A stretch of DNA of 64,000 nucleotides from Eledone cirrhosa (Eukaryota). A program made the position numbers and the translations under genes. Where the stretch lies: NCBI GenBank assembly GCA_964016885.1, contig OZ024754.1:26350001-26414000 (forward strand), written 5' to 3'. Shown here in pieces: positions 1 to 14,559 of this stretch; the first letter of the stretch is position 1; each line of letters begins with the position of its first letter. Under the pieces are notes generated by a model, which worked only from the letters and a program-made list of their open reading frames with translations, had not been told where the DNA came from and did not search any database.

Positions 1-180
1 ACAACGACAACAACAACATCATCATCATTATCACCAACAGAACAGCAACAACAATACCAACAACAACAACAACAACGACAGTAACAACAACAACAACAAC
101 AACGACAGTTACAACAACAACATCATCATTATCACCAACAGAACAGCAACAACAATAGCAACAACAACAACAACAACAAC
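1..180. repeat. (AAC)n-rich simple repeat
   Basis: Runs of caacaacaa with interspersed catcat. Confidence 0.9.
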
Positions 181-317
181 GTCATTATTATTGATATGAT
201 CAACAGTTTTGATCTTTGAGTATGTCCTAAATATTTGATGGAAAACATTTCACATTGTTAGTATGACATTTTTGTAGAGGTCAAGTTAGGATTTGGTCGT
301 ATTTACTATATATAATT

Positions 318-502
318 GTTTCTATTTTTGGCACAAGGCCAGCAATTACCCAGTACATTACTGGTACTTTATTTTAACGACCCTGTAAGGATGAAAGGCA
401 AAGTTAACCTCGGCGGGATTTGAACTCAGATCATAAAGGGAGGTAACTCTATGCTTCAAAGCATGGCGTCCGGCCCTCTACCGATACTGCCAATCCACCA
501 CC
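318..502 (-). mobile_element. tRNA-derived SINE (family A)
   Basis: Minus strand has A-box-like TGGCAGTATCGG and B-box GAGTTCAAATCC. The same sequence recurs at 42.83-43.63 kb and 61.69-61.87 kb. Confidence 0.75.
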
Positions 503-587
503 CTATATTATATAATGGTTTCTTATTTAGGCACATGGCCAGCAATTAAATCGATGTCAGTATATTACTGGTAATATATTAAACAAT

Positions 588-650
588 TATGTATGTATGT
601 ATGTATGTATGTATGTATGTATGTATGTATGTATGTATGTATGTATGTAT
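588..650. repeat. (ATGT)n microsatellite abutting the 5' end of an RTE LINE
   Basis: Perfect tatg array. Confidence 0.95.
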
Positions 651-2640
651 TTCGAAGCTGAACAGTGGAAGATCTCCTGGTATGGATGGCATACATGCTG
701 AGCTCCTACAATATGGTGGTGAAAGACTCCTGCAACATCTTTACTCTTTGTTTGGCAGGATATGGGCTAATGAATCCGTACCTGAGGACTGGAGAGATGC
801 AGTAATGGTGGTCTTGTACAAGGGAAAGGGTAACAGGAATGATTGTGGGAACTACAGAGGTATATCATTGCTTTCTGTCGTAGGGAAAGTTTTATGTAGG
901 GTGTTTCTGGACCGTCTGCTGACACACATTGCAGATTGTGTTCTTCCTGAAAGTCAATCTGGTTTTCGTGCTGGACGCGGCACTACTGATATGATCTTCT
1001 CAGCTAGACAGCTCCAGGAGAAGTGCATGGAATAAGGCTTGGATCTGTATCAGGTTTTTGTCGATCTGACAAAAGCTTTCGATACTGTTAACAGAGATGC
1101 ATTATGGAAGCTTCTCCAGAAACTTGGTTGCCCTGATAAGTTCCTTGCTTTAGTTAGGTCTTTCCATGACGACATGAAGGCTTGGGTTAATGTCAGAGGT
1201 AACATGTCGGAGCCTATCTCAGTAAAAAATGGAGTGAAACGGGGGGATATTCCAGCACCGACCCTGTTTGCCATATACTTTGCAATAGTTTTCTGTATTG
1301 CATTCAGGAATTGCGAGCATGGTGTTTACATCCGATATCGAACCTCAGGCAGCATATTTAACATCAGGCGCTTTGCTGCAAAGACAAGTATTTACATTAA
1401 TCACAAGAGGCCTCTTGTATGCAGATGATTGCGATCTTGTAGCGCACACAGAGTGATATGCAGCACATTTTGAATGCAGTTTCTAACGCTTGCACTGCCC
1501 TAGGATTGACTGTCAGTCTCAAGAAAACCGTCGTCATGTACCAACCTGCCCCTGGTAAGCAGTACACTGAACCAAATATCTATGTGTATGGTAAACGACT
1601 TGGAGTGGTTGATCAGTTTGTCTTCCTGGGAAGCACTGTCAATCGATACAGCAACCTTGACAGTGAAATCTCACTTAGGATTAGGAAAGCAAGTGATGCT
1701 TTCGGAAAGCTAGAAAGGCGACTCTGGGGTCGGCGAGACATATGCAGGAGGACAAAGGTAAAGGTGTACAGGGCATGTGTGCTCTCTTGTCTTCTTTATG
1801 CCTGCGAGACCTGGGTCACATATCGACACCACCTTAAGCAATTGGAGCGTTTCCATCAGATGTGTCTCAGACGGATCCATGGCGTTCACTGGAGGGACCA
1901 CATCAGTGATGTCGAGATTTTGGAAAGCTCTATGTGTGACAGTATAGAAGCTCTTGTGCTTAAGCAACGACTCCGTTGGAGTGGTCACATTGCCAGGATG
2001 AAGGATTCTAGAATACCAAAACAACTCTTTTATGGAGAGTTGGTTAAAGGAAAACGACCGCCACATAAACCAAAAAAGAGGTATAAGGATTCCTTGAAAG
2101 CCTCTCTGAAAAACGCTAACATCTCTGCTGATACATGGGAAAATATTGCTGCTGATCGTAATATATGGAGAAAGACTGTATATGAGGGAAAAGTTGCCTT
2201 TGAGGCATCTCGAATCGCATACGAGAAAGTAAAGCGGGATGTGAGGAAGGGCATTGCTGTATCACTTCCAGATGGCGAGGGTCCTCCTATGGTGCTGACA
2301 TGCAGCGTATGTGCGAGACTCTGCCTAAGCAAAGCTGGACTCGAAAGTCATCTTTGCAGTCATAAAGTAAGACCAGTGGTTGACTACCAGGCTGCTGTTG
2401 GAGATGCTACTCATCATGCTTGCCAAACATGTGGTGGAGAATGTAAATCAGCAGGAGGGCTCAAGCGACATGCAAAAGTACACGAACTCCAACCACAGCC
2501 GACTATTCCCCGTGAATGTTTTGGTTGCCTACTCTGTGCAAGACATTTTAGATCATTGGCTGGGCTAAAAAGCCACATTCGATCGCAGCGCTGTTAGTTG
2601 CTATCGTGTGTGTGTGTGTGTATAGATATGTTTATGTGTG
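649..2640 (+). mobile_element. RTE-clade LINE, 5'-truncated and disrupted (RT plus C-terminal C2H2 fingers)
   Basis: ORFs 589-1035, 1039-1428 and 1458-2597 carry SPGMDGI, ESQSGFRAGRGT, FVDLTKAFDTV, YACETW and RLRWSGH motifs. Stop at 1033-1035 plus frameshifts; ends in (GT)n. Confidence 0.92.
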
Positions 2641-2777
2641 TGCGTGTATGTGTATATATATGTATATGTATATTATTATTGTTGTTGTCGTTATTATTAT
2701 AGTTGTTATTATTATTATTATTGTTATTAATGTATATGTGTGTGTATATATATGTGCGTGTATATGTATATGTATAC

Positions 2778-2838
<61 letters not shown>

Positions 2839-2963
2839 AAAGTTTTATTTAAAATTGTTGGGTTACAACAAGTAAATATTTTATAACTGATATAAAGCAC
2901 TCAACAAGTTTTGGAGTAGATATACGATATTAAACAAATGGAAACTATATTTATAAAACCATA

Positions 2964-3032
2964 TTTATTTCATTATACATATTTCGGGGATACCATATTA
3001 AAAATATGGCATGCCTTCTTCAGATAAAATAC
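2964..3032 (-). ncRNA. Type I hammerhead ribozyme (3' pLTR)
   Basis: gtattttat-CTGAAGA-aggcatgccatatttttaatatggtatcccc-GAAA-tatgta-TA-atgaaata. Confidence 0.8.
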
Positions 3033-4680
3033 AATATATAAACAGTTTTATAAATAATTTTGACGTGCCATAAATATTGATCAACTTTTATGTAAGAAGT
3101 TGGTTTGGTAGTGAAATGTTTATAAATATTTAGTGTTAAGCACAGTTAAAAAGAAAGACGGAGAAAAAGAAGAAATGTATGTAAAGAAAAACAGAGAGAA
3201 ATAGAGAGAGATAGGGGAGAGAGAAATAGTGAGGATGTGAAAAAAGAAGCAGCTGAGGCAACAGATGAATAATAATAATTCATCATATAAATTGAGAGAT
3301 TTAGGAGGGAGGGAGTACTGTACTTATTTAGTTATAGTGTTAAGGAGACGGAGAGAAATAAAAAATGAAGAGAAAACAGAGAGAGAGAGAAAGATAGAGG
3401 TGGGTGGAAAAAAGAGGTAGACCAAATAATAATAATTATTATATATGGGGAGGTGAGAGAAATAGGAGAGAAGTAAGAGAGAAAACAAGAGAGAAACTCG
3501 AGAGGCAAAGTTAAAATAACCGATACTTAGACTTCATCAAATGTAAAGAGGGAGGAGAAGAAAGAGCTATATCTAGAGAGAGAGAGGGATGATAGATTTA
3601 CATCTTTACGTTATGTCCTATCAATTTGAATTATCAATTCATATGAATTGGGTATTATAATGTAAATATCAATATTCATGAATGAGACATAGATATATAA
3701 TGTGTGAAAAATAATGACCATATGTTTAGTTTAAAATTCTGAGGTCGATGTACCAAAAACTGAGATAAAACTTCAAAAAATACGGAAATATATAAGTATA
3801 TATGTACTTTCCGGAAAAGGAAAGAAAGAGAAAAAGAGAAGGTCATCTCAAGTTCTAGTTGATACTATAGACATACCCATGATCTTACGTGATCAACTCT
3901 GTAATTTCTTGTTTCACAGAAAAAATGTTTCCCTTGTGTTATAAAAGATTTTACTATATATATATATATATACATAAAAAAAATATATATACATAAAAAA
4001 TATATATTAATACTCCTGCCCTCACATACATGATTATCGTTCATGTATAGAATATTATGCATATCTGTAACATATCCAGAGCTATACCCACACATACACA
4101 TATATATATATATGTATGCACACATATATGTACATGGACAGATAAAATAAACAGATAAAATAAAATATACTCTGTAATCATTCCATATTCATATTAATAC
4201 ATATGGCCTTTGTACAGAGACAACCAGATATTAATATATCAGCACAGAGATATCAAAACGTTAAAAATATTTTCATCACTCCCTAGAGTATCTCGGGCCG
4301 TAAAAAACACAGTATGCACCCCATATCAACCACAGAAATCTACCCTTCCAATTTATCTGACAATATATTGCCAAGTTCATTAGAAGCAATCAGAATCAAA
4401 AAGCAAACAAAAAACCAAAAATTATTCAACAAAACTTATTTAGCAGAAATCATTTAAAAGATTTAGGAGACCCTGTTGTTCTACAGATGCTCTTATATTT
4501 AGTATAGAAGTTTATCTAGCGTAAAATTTATTCAATAGATTGGGAACATCTACATTTTAGGGTAGTTTAATTACATCATTAGTATATATTTATGAAGAAG
4601 GTTTAAAAGAAAAAGTTGAAGGAATCGAAAGATTTATCGTCAGGTTTCATACATTAATTAAATATCTTAACTAATTATAC

Positions 4681-6903
4681 TACATTTTAAATTTATATTT
4701 ATATTTAAACGTTGAGTTCAATCTATGTCTGCAGCAACTGAATAAATTGCTCCTTAAATTAAGGGAATTTTTAGATTTTAATATAAAGAATATCTCCTCC
4801 ACACAGAGGTCACATGTCTCAGATGAGGAACTAAAAGGAATCCCTCTTGAGACAATATTCCAAAACATCGAATACCCAACGTTATCATGTTTAAGTTGCC
4901 AGAGTAAGCCTGATAGTGAAGTTGAAGATTTCTTGTTTGGATCTGTGAAAGAATTCTTATGATTATTGTAGCGAAGTTTAAATTCTGTCGAGGTGGAACC
5001 AACATAGTTAAAAGAATTTAAGTTAGTTTTAACATTACAATTGTATATTATATTTTTAACTAAGCAATTGTTATTTAACGGACATTTAGATTTATTTTTA
5101 CAGTTACAGTTGTTTAATTGAATATTGTTTTGGCTATTATCGGTATTTTGGCTAGGTTTTTGATTCCTATTATTTATTCTGTTAATATTTTGTGCTAAAT
5201 TTTTGGTGGACGAGTAAGTTAATTTTATAGTATGTCTATTAAACATTGAGTGATATTTATGTGTTCTAGGGAAGCGTTTGTCAAGAGCGTTAAAAAATAG
5301 TTTAGCAATGTGGGTTTTAATATTTAGTGAGAATGGGGGGGGGGGGGGGGGGGGGCAAACCATATTATATTTCTAGTTCTATTTCTTTTCTGGCTTTTGG
5401 AATTATTGTAATGTTTTCTATTATAGTTGTTAAAGTTGTTACCGTAATTAAAATTGTTATTATTTTGGTTAGTTTGCCTATTATTATCGATGTACTTAAT
5501 TTTATCACTATATCCTGCTCTAGCTAACGCTTCATTGTAATACTGCGCTTTTTCGTCGAAAATATTTTTATTAGATGAAATTCTTGAGATACGTTCTTGA
5601 ACAGAGTTCACTATAGTATTTTTAACAGATCTGGGGTGATTAGAGTTAAAATTGACATAATTCAAGTTTTCATTTAGTTTGTGAAATGGATAGTGAAGAC
5701 ATGTGTTGAGATTTAGTGTTACATCTAGGAAATTGACTATTCGATGGTTATTCTCTATTTCTATTTTTAGATTAAGGTAATTAAAAAATTGTATAATTTG
5801 TTTTCTTTTTCTATTTAGTTCAGAGTTATTATTTTCAATAAGTAAAAGCATGTCATCACGATATAATCCTCCGGTTACACCAGGTATTTTTCTATGCAGC
5901 GAATTAATTATAAATAGGCCCACAAGGTCCGTTACCTGAGCTGAGTCAGATGATCCCATAGTAATGTCGAAATTATTATCTCTATCTGCCCTAGTCCATA
6001 GTTGGTTATTAAATTCTATCAATGTTTTCCTTGCCGATAATATAATGTACATTTCATTGCTAGTTAGGTCTGTATGTTTGAATGCGTAATTTAGTGCCTT
6101 ATTCAGTAGATTAGGGGTAATAGATGAATAGTAGTTAGCAATATCTAGTTGAATAATTTTATTATTATTGTTATATTTAATTTCTTTAAACCACTCAATA
6201 ACCTCACCAGTCCCCTTCCATAAGTTTAAGTTAGGTAAATTATGTAAGTTTTTAATTTGCTGTATCACCCTGTCTAGAATGTTTTTGCTAAGTTTACCCA
6301 GGTCAGATTTTGATGGTGCAATCAATCTGACTGGCAAATCATTTTCAAAATTTCTTTTGTGATCTTTCATATTGATCTTGGGTTTCCTAGGCAAGAAGGG
6401 TTGTGTTTTGTTCTCAATTTCCAACTCATGCATTATACAAGATGCCTCAACATTCATTTTTTCCAGTTCGTCCTTATCTGCTACCTTGTACTTTTTCCTT
6501 AGTTCTTTCAGTATAAGGCCATTATACATGTCTTTATGCACTCCATAAAGGTTGTTGGTTTTGTCCGATTTCACCAAGTACTTCTCTGTTCTCTCCAAGC
6601 CCTCAATATTATCCTTAATGCTTCTTAGATAGTCCTGGCCTTTTGAAGTTTCTCTTGTATTTGACTCCTTGTATGATAGAAATTATATCGTTTTCAAAAT
6701 CCATTAAAAGTTTGTTGGGGGTGGATTTTTTTTAGATTTGAAAACTTTATCTAAGTCTGAAACATTTTCATTTAGATTAGATTTATCAAAGTGGAAGGCA
6801 CGCCACCTGATTCTTCTGATTTTTCTATTAATTGTTTAATAAAGTCTTTGTTCTTAGGTAGAGGTATGTCTTTTAGAGAAGAAGATATCTTAAAGAATTC
6901 CAT
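4681..6903 (-). pseudogene. PLE polyprotein (RT plus GIY-YIG endonuclease), frameshifted
   Basis: N-terminus MEFFKISSSLKDIPLP..RWRAFHF. RT motifs LDIANYYSSI, ITMGSSDSAQ, LYRDD, VNFLDVTL. EN motifs CNCxxxxxCPL, YVGST, CDLC, CRH. Frameshifts near 6600-6810 and at poly-G 5335-5356. Confidence 0.9.
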
Positions 6904-7082
6904 CTTTTTCAGTTATAATATAAAGCGCTCAACAGTATTGGAGCAAAAATATATGCAAAAGTTTTATTTAAAATTGTTGGGTTACAACAAGTAAATATTT
7001 TATAACTGATATAAAGCACTCAACAAGTTTTGGAGTAGATATACGATATTAAACAAATGGAAACTATATTTATAAAACCATA

Positions 7083-7148
7083 TTTATTTCATTATACATA
7101 TTTCGGGGATACCATATTAAAAATATGGCATGCCTTCTTCAGATAAAA
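7083..7148 (-). ncRNA. Type I hammerhead ribozyme (5' pLTR, stem I clipped at the inversion junction)
   Basis: Same core as 2964-3032; 6 nt of the 5' stem I strand retained. Confidence 0.7.
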
Positions 7149-9057
7149 GAAATCTTCAACTTCACTATCAGGCTTACTCTGGCAACTTAAACATGATAAC
7201 GTTGGGTATTCGATGTTTTGGAATATTGTCTCAAGAGGGATTCCTTTTAATTCCTCATCTGAGACATGTGACCTCTGTGTGGAGGAGATATTCTTTATAT
7301 TAAAATCTAAAAATTCCCTTAATTTAAGGAGCAATTTATTCAGTTGCTGCAGACATAGATTGAACTCAACGTTTAAATATAAATATAAATTTAAAATGTA
7401 GTATAATTAGTTAAGATATTTAATTAATGTATGAAACCTGACGATAAATCTTTCGATTCCTTCAACTTTTTCTTTTAAACCTTCTTCATAAATATATACT
7501 AATGATGTAATTAAACTACCCTAAAATGTAGATGTTCCCAATCTATTGAATAAATTTTACGCTAGATAAACTTCTATACTAAATATAAGAGCATCTGTAG
7601 AACAACAGGGTCTCCTAAATCTTTTAAATGATTTCTGCTAAATAAGTTTTGTTGAATAATTTTTGGTTTTTTGTTTGCTTTTTGATTCTGATTGCTTCTA
7701 ATGAACTTGGCAATATATTGTCAGATAAATTGGAAGGGTAGATTTCTGTGGTTGATATGGGGTGCATACTGTGTTTTTTACGGCCCGAGATACTCTAGGG
7801 AGTGATGAAAATATTTTTAACGTTTTGATATCTCTGTGATGATATATTAATATCTGGTTGTCTCTGTACAAAGGCCATATGTATTAATATGAATATGGAA
7901 TGATTACAGAGTATATTTTATTTTATCTGTTTATTTTATCTGTCCATGTACATATATGTGTGCATACATATATATATATATGTGTATGTGTGGGTATAGC
8001 TCTGGATATGTTACAGATATGCATAATATTCTATACATGAACGATAATCATGTATGTGAGGGCAGGAGTATTAATATATATTTTTTATGTATATATATTT
8101 TTTTTATGTATATATATATATATATAGTAAAATCTTTTATAACACAAGGGAAACATTTTTTCTGTGAAACAAGAAATTACAGAGTTGATCACGTAAGATC
8201 ATGGGTATGTCTATAGTATCAACTAGAACTTGAGATGACCTTCTCTTTTTCTCTTTCTTTCCTTTTCCGGAAAGTACATATATACTTATATATTTCCGTA
8301 TTTTTTGAAGTTTTATCTCAGTTTTTGGTACATCGACCTCAGAATTTTAAACTAAACATATGGTCATTATTTTTCACACATTATATATCTATGTCTCATT
8401 CATGAATATTGATATTTACATTATAATACCCAATTCATATGAATTGATAATTCAAATTGATAGGACATAACGTAAAGATGTAAATCTATCATCCCTCTCT
8501 CTCTCTAGATATAGCTCTTTCTTCTCCTCCCTCTTTACATTTGATGAAGTCTAAGTATCGGTTATTTTAACTTTGCCTCTCGAGTTTCTCTCTTGTTTTC
8601 TCTCTTACTTCTCTCCTATTTCTCTCACCTCCCCATATATAATAATTATTATTATTTGGTCTACCTCTTTTTTCCACCCACCTCTATCTTTCTCTCTCTC
8701 TCTGTTTTCTCTTCATTTTTTATTTCTCTCCGTCTCCTTAACACTATAACTAAATAAGTACAGTACTCCCTCCCTCCTAAATCTCTCAATTTGTATGATG
8801 AATTATTATTATTCATCTGTTGCCTCAGCTGCCTCTTTTTTCACCTCCTCACTATTTCTCTCTCCCCTATCTCTCTCTATTTCTCTCTGTTTTTCTTTAC
8901 ATACATTTCTTCTTTTTCTCCGTCTTTCTTTTTAACTGTGCTTAACACTAAATATTTATAAACAATTCACTACCAAACCAACTTCTTACATAAAAGTTGA
9001 TCAATATTACGTCAAAATTATATACGTCAAAATTATTTATAAAACTGTTTATATATT

Positions 9058-9126
9058 GTATTTTATCTGAAGAAGGCATGCCATATTTTTAATATGGTAT
9101 CCCCGAAATATGTATAATGAAATAAA
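9058..9126 (+). ncRNA. Type I hammerhead ribozyme (inverted arm)
   Basis: CTGAAGA at 9067, stem II hairpin, GAAA, tatgtaTA. Confidence 0.8.
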
Positions 9127-9329
9127 TATGGTTTTATAAATATAGTTTCCATTTGTTTAATATCGTATATATATATATATATTTTTTTTAAATTTTTATT
9201 TTCTTTTTTATTTTATTAATTATTTTTTTTTCTCCTCGTGCAATGGCCATACTTGATAACGAGGGGCAGCCATCATGTATGTATGTATGAGGCTCAGTAG
9301 TTACCGATGATGTTGACCTGTTACATGCA

Positions 9330-9494
<165 letters not shown>

Positions 9495-9497
9495 GTA

Positions 9498-10056
9498 CGT
9501 GTGTACCATCCTGTCAGTTGATTGAACGTTTGGTAAACCCATACGTAGATATATATATGTGTGTATGTATGTATATATATATACATACGACTGTATGTCT
9601 GTATACATATATGTATGTACGTATACATACTTATATTCAAGTATCAGCCGTACTAAGAGTGAGAAATGAAATTTCATTTTTTCCATCTATCGTTTTCGGT
9701 ACGCCCGGCCGACTAACTCACTCGATATGCAAATTAGGCTGCTCAGTCGTTAATATGCATAAGGAAAGTATATACTTTCAAACGTTCAATCAACTGACAG
9801 GAAGGTATACGTTGCTGATGACAGCTAATAAGCTTGAAACTAGTTCATCGTTCCTTTGTCAGTGTTGAACAAAAGGGCAACGATGGTTGCCGAACACTGT
9901 ACAGCTAATAATTCGGGCTGTTTGTTTACAAACAAACCGAGCATTATAATAAATGTTCGGTAAACCCATACGTACATATATATATGAGTGCATGTATGTA
10001 TATACATACTACTGTACGTCTGTATACATATATGTATGTACGTATACATACTTATA
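9498..10056 (+). mobile_element. Non-coding HHR-bearing repeat, diverged relative of the 44.5-46.5 kb array (about 1.2 units plus an inverted stub)
   Basis: 9533-9635 repeats at 9961-10055. 9501-9531 is the inverse of 9779-9810. Shares blocks with the reverse complement of the array unit. Confidence 0.8.
9810..9850 (+). ncRNA. Type I hammerhead ribozyme
   Basis: cgttg-CTGATGA-cagctaataagctt-GAAA-ctag-TT-catcg. Confidence 0.7.
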
Positions 10057-10139
10057 TATATATAATTATGTATGTATTTATGTATAAATATGTATATATA
10101 ATTAGCTACCTAGCCGTAGGAACACGTGCAACCCTGTAG

Positions 10140-10590
10140 TTAGTACTAACTGTAATTGTAGGAATCGGGTTGATTGCCCCCTATCCGGGAAATGCCTCTC
10201 TAGTAACATTGTCTACAAATGTAAGGTTGAAACACCCACGTCCCGTTTGGCCTACATAGAGTTAACCGCCAATAGATTCAAGCAGCGTCTTTACATGCAT
10301 ACCTATTCTTTTCGTTACCCTCTAAAAGGAATATGACGTCACTTTCAGCTTATATCTGGAGTCTAAAAGACAGCCACACCCAATATAAGTTACACTGGGA
10401 GATCCTGGCTAGGGCTAGATTGTATAACGGAAATAAAAGACCATGTGACCTCTGCGCCGCTGAGGCCCTGGAAATACTCTACGCAACAGACCACATCTTA
10501 AACAAAAAATCTGAGGCATTTTCGGCTTGTAAACATAAATTGCACAAAACTTTCCTGTATTACAGCCCCACATTATACCCTAACGGATAG
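10140..10590 (+). pseudogene. Naiad-type PLE GIY-YIG fragment
   Basis: NCNCRNRVDCPLSGKCL, TSLSAYIW, CDLC, SACKHK; frameshifted. Confidence 0.85.
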
Positions 10591-11009
10591 TACGAACAAT
10601 ACGTGGATATTTTACGTCTTGATGTGGTAGCTAAGTATATGTTTTGTTTATACCATTACTTATTTGCATAGGTAAGTATATATTACCTGTATGTTTTGTG
10701 AAGGTACGTATACTTTATCGTAGGTATATTTGATTGTATATGTTATGGCGTATTATTTTATATATTCTGGTACATATAGTTTGGTTATGTGTATACGGGA
10801 GTTTTGCGTCTGTGTGAGTATGCAGGTTCGTACGTATGTAGGGTGTGTGTATATGTGTACTTCATGTTTTGGTTGACTTACGTCTCCGAACATTTGTGTA
10901 TTTACATGTAGGTATGTGTGTGCGCTTGTTATATACGTATTTATTTATTTATATACGTTTATTTAATTATTTATTTATTTGTATACACGCACACACACAC
11001 ACAAATTTA

Positions 11010-12780
<1,771 letters not shown>

Positions 12781-12962
12781 GATAAATCTACCAAAAGTTT
12801 ACGGTAGTGTCGAATCCTTATGAAGAACTCAATGTAATCTGGATATCATGGAAAGAAGAGATCACTTCCGGTGAAAGATAAACGGAATACAGAGTCAAGA
12901 AAAAATATTAAAAAAATTATGAATAAAACAATGAAACAGTTCCTTATATTAAACAAAAAAAG

Positions 12963-13105
12963 TTCATTATTTAACGATCGTTTCTAGGACATATATGTGT
13001 TAGAATTGGCATGCATATTCAAAAGATCTATGTACAAAATTATACAAACTATCAAAGAGAATATACATACCAACACATATATATGCTGTCTTCAGAAATA
13101 ATGAA
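12963..13105 (-). ncRNA. Hammerhead ribozyme with ~104-nt extended stem II
   Basis: ttcattattt-CTGAAGA-(long rod)-GAAA-cgatcg-TT-aaataatgaa. Confidence 0.65.
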
Positions 13106-13715
13106 GTATATTTATTGATAATAACAACAATTCAAAATTACAGGTCTGTTTGGGAACAGATTTTAAATAGACCAATGAAATACATAAAAATTCATCAAGA
13201 AAATAGTTAGGTGTGTGTATATATGCAAGTAACTTCGTTCACAGATATGCATAAAAATGTATGTTCACATGCATACGCATGTCGAAAAAGTGTATGTAAA
13301 TATAAAAATTCAGGGCTAATGTCTCTGTATGTTTATAATCCACAGACAAAATATACATACATATACATACATATATACACACATATATACACAGATATAC
13401 ATACATTCATACACACACACGCATATATACATAAACACACACATATCCACGAACATACACACACATATATACACACACACACACACATACGTATATATTA
13501 TTATTATAACTATATGGATATTGAGGCGCACACATAAACACGGCCACATACACTTACATCTAGATGCAGAATTAAAAGTAGGTAAGGGAGTAAGTAATTA
13601 AGGAGGGTGTCAGACTCAGCATATTTATAAAAATGTATCTATAAATTTAGAAATAAAAGGAATATAATAAAAGAAATAAACAAGTAAAACATATACTCAT
13701 ACATATAAATACACA

Positions 13716-13767
<52 letters not shown>

Positions 13768-13772
13768 TATAT

Positions 13773-13815
<43 letters not shown>

Positions 13816-14166
13816 CATATACACACACATACATATATACACGCATACTCACAACACACATATATACATATATGTACCCACACATACACACATACATACA
13901 CATACATATATATATACATATATATACATATATATATACACACATATATATACACACATATATATACACACACACACATACATATACGTATATATACATA
14001 CACACACATACCCATGTATATATATACACACATATATACATACATATATATATATATATAAAAAAAATAAATACACACAGTCAGACAATTATGCACATAT
14101 ATACACATACATACACACATCTCTACAAATACATATACATACACATACATACATACACATATATAT

Positions 14167-14262
<96 letters not shown>

Positions 14263-14559
14263 TCATACACACTTATTTACATGCGCACATATGTATTTTT
14301 ATACTCACATACAAACATACATACATACTTACATACACATACATACATCCACGCTTACAAATACGAATAATTATAGGGGGGGGGAGGGGGGATTAAAATT
14401 ATTAGTGGGAAATAGTAAATATAGGTTTCAAGGAACATAGAATATTAATCTGCATTTAAATCATAATATGTGTTTACATAGTAGTGTCAGTATTAGGAAA
14501 TGTAAGAAAGAAGGCTAAATTATGCATTTTAATATAAGTAGACTATTAATTATAGGTTA

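Larger units (their letters stand above)
2832..9170 (-). mobile_element. Near full-length Naiad-type Penelope-like element with direct pseudo-LTRs and an inverted 3' duplication
   Basis: Minus-strand RT/GIY-YIG coding region from 6903 to 4681. 2832-3028 is repeated directly at 6951-7148. 2920-4933 is repeated inverted at 7148-9170. Confidence 0.9.

Noticed and set aside
4681-5363. Selenocysteine recoding, as reported for some Naiad PLEs
   Set aside because: All visible CxC/CPL and CxxC positions in the GIY-YIG fragments are ordinary Cys codons; no in-frame TGA was seen there.
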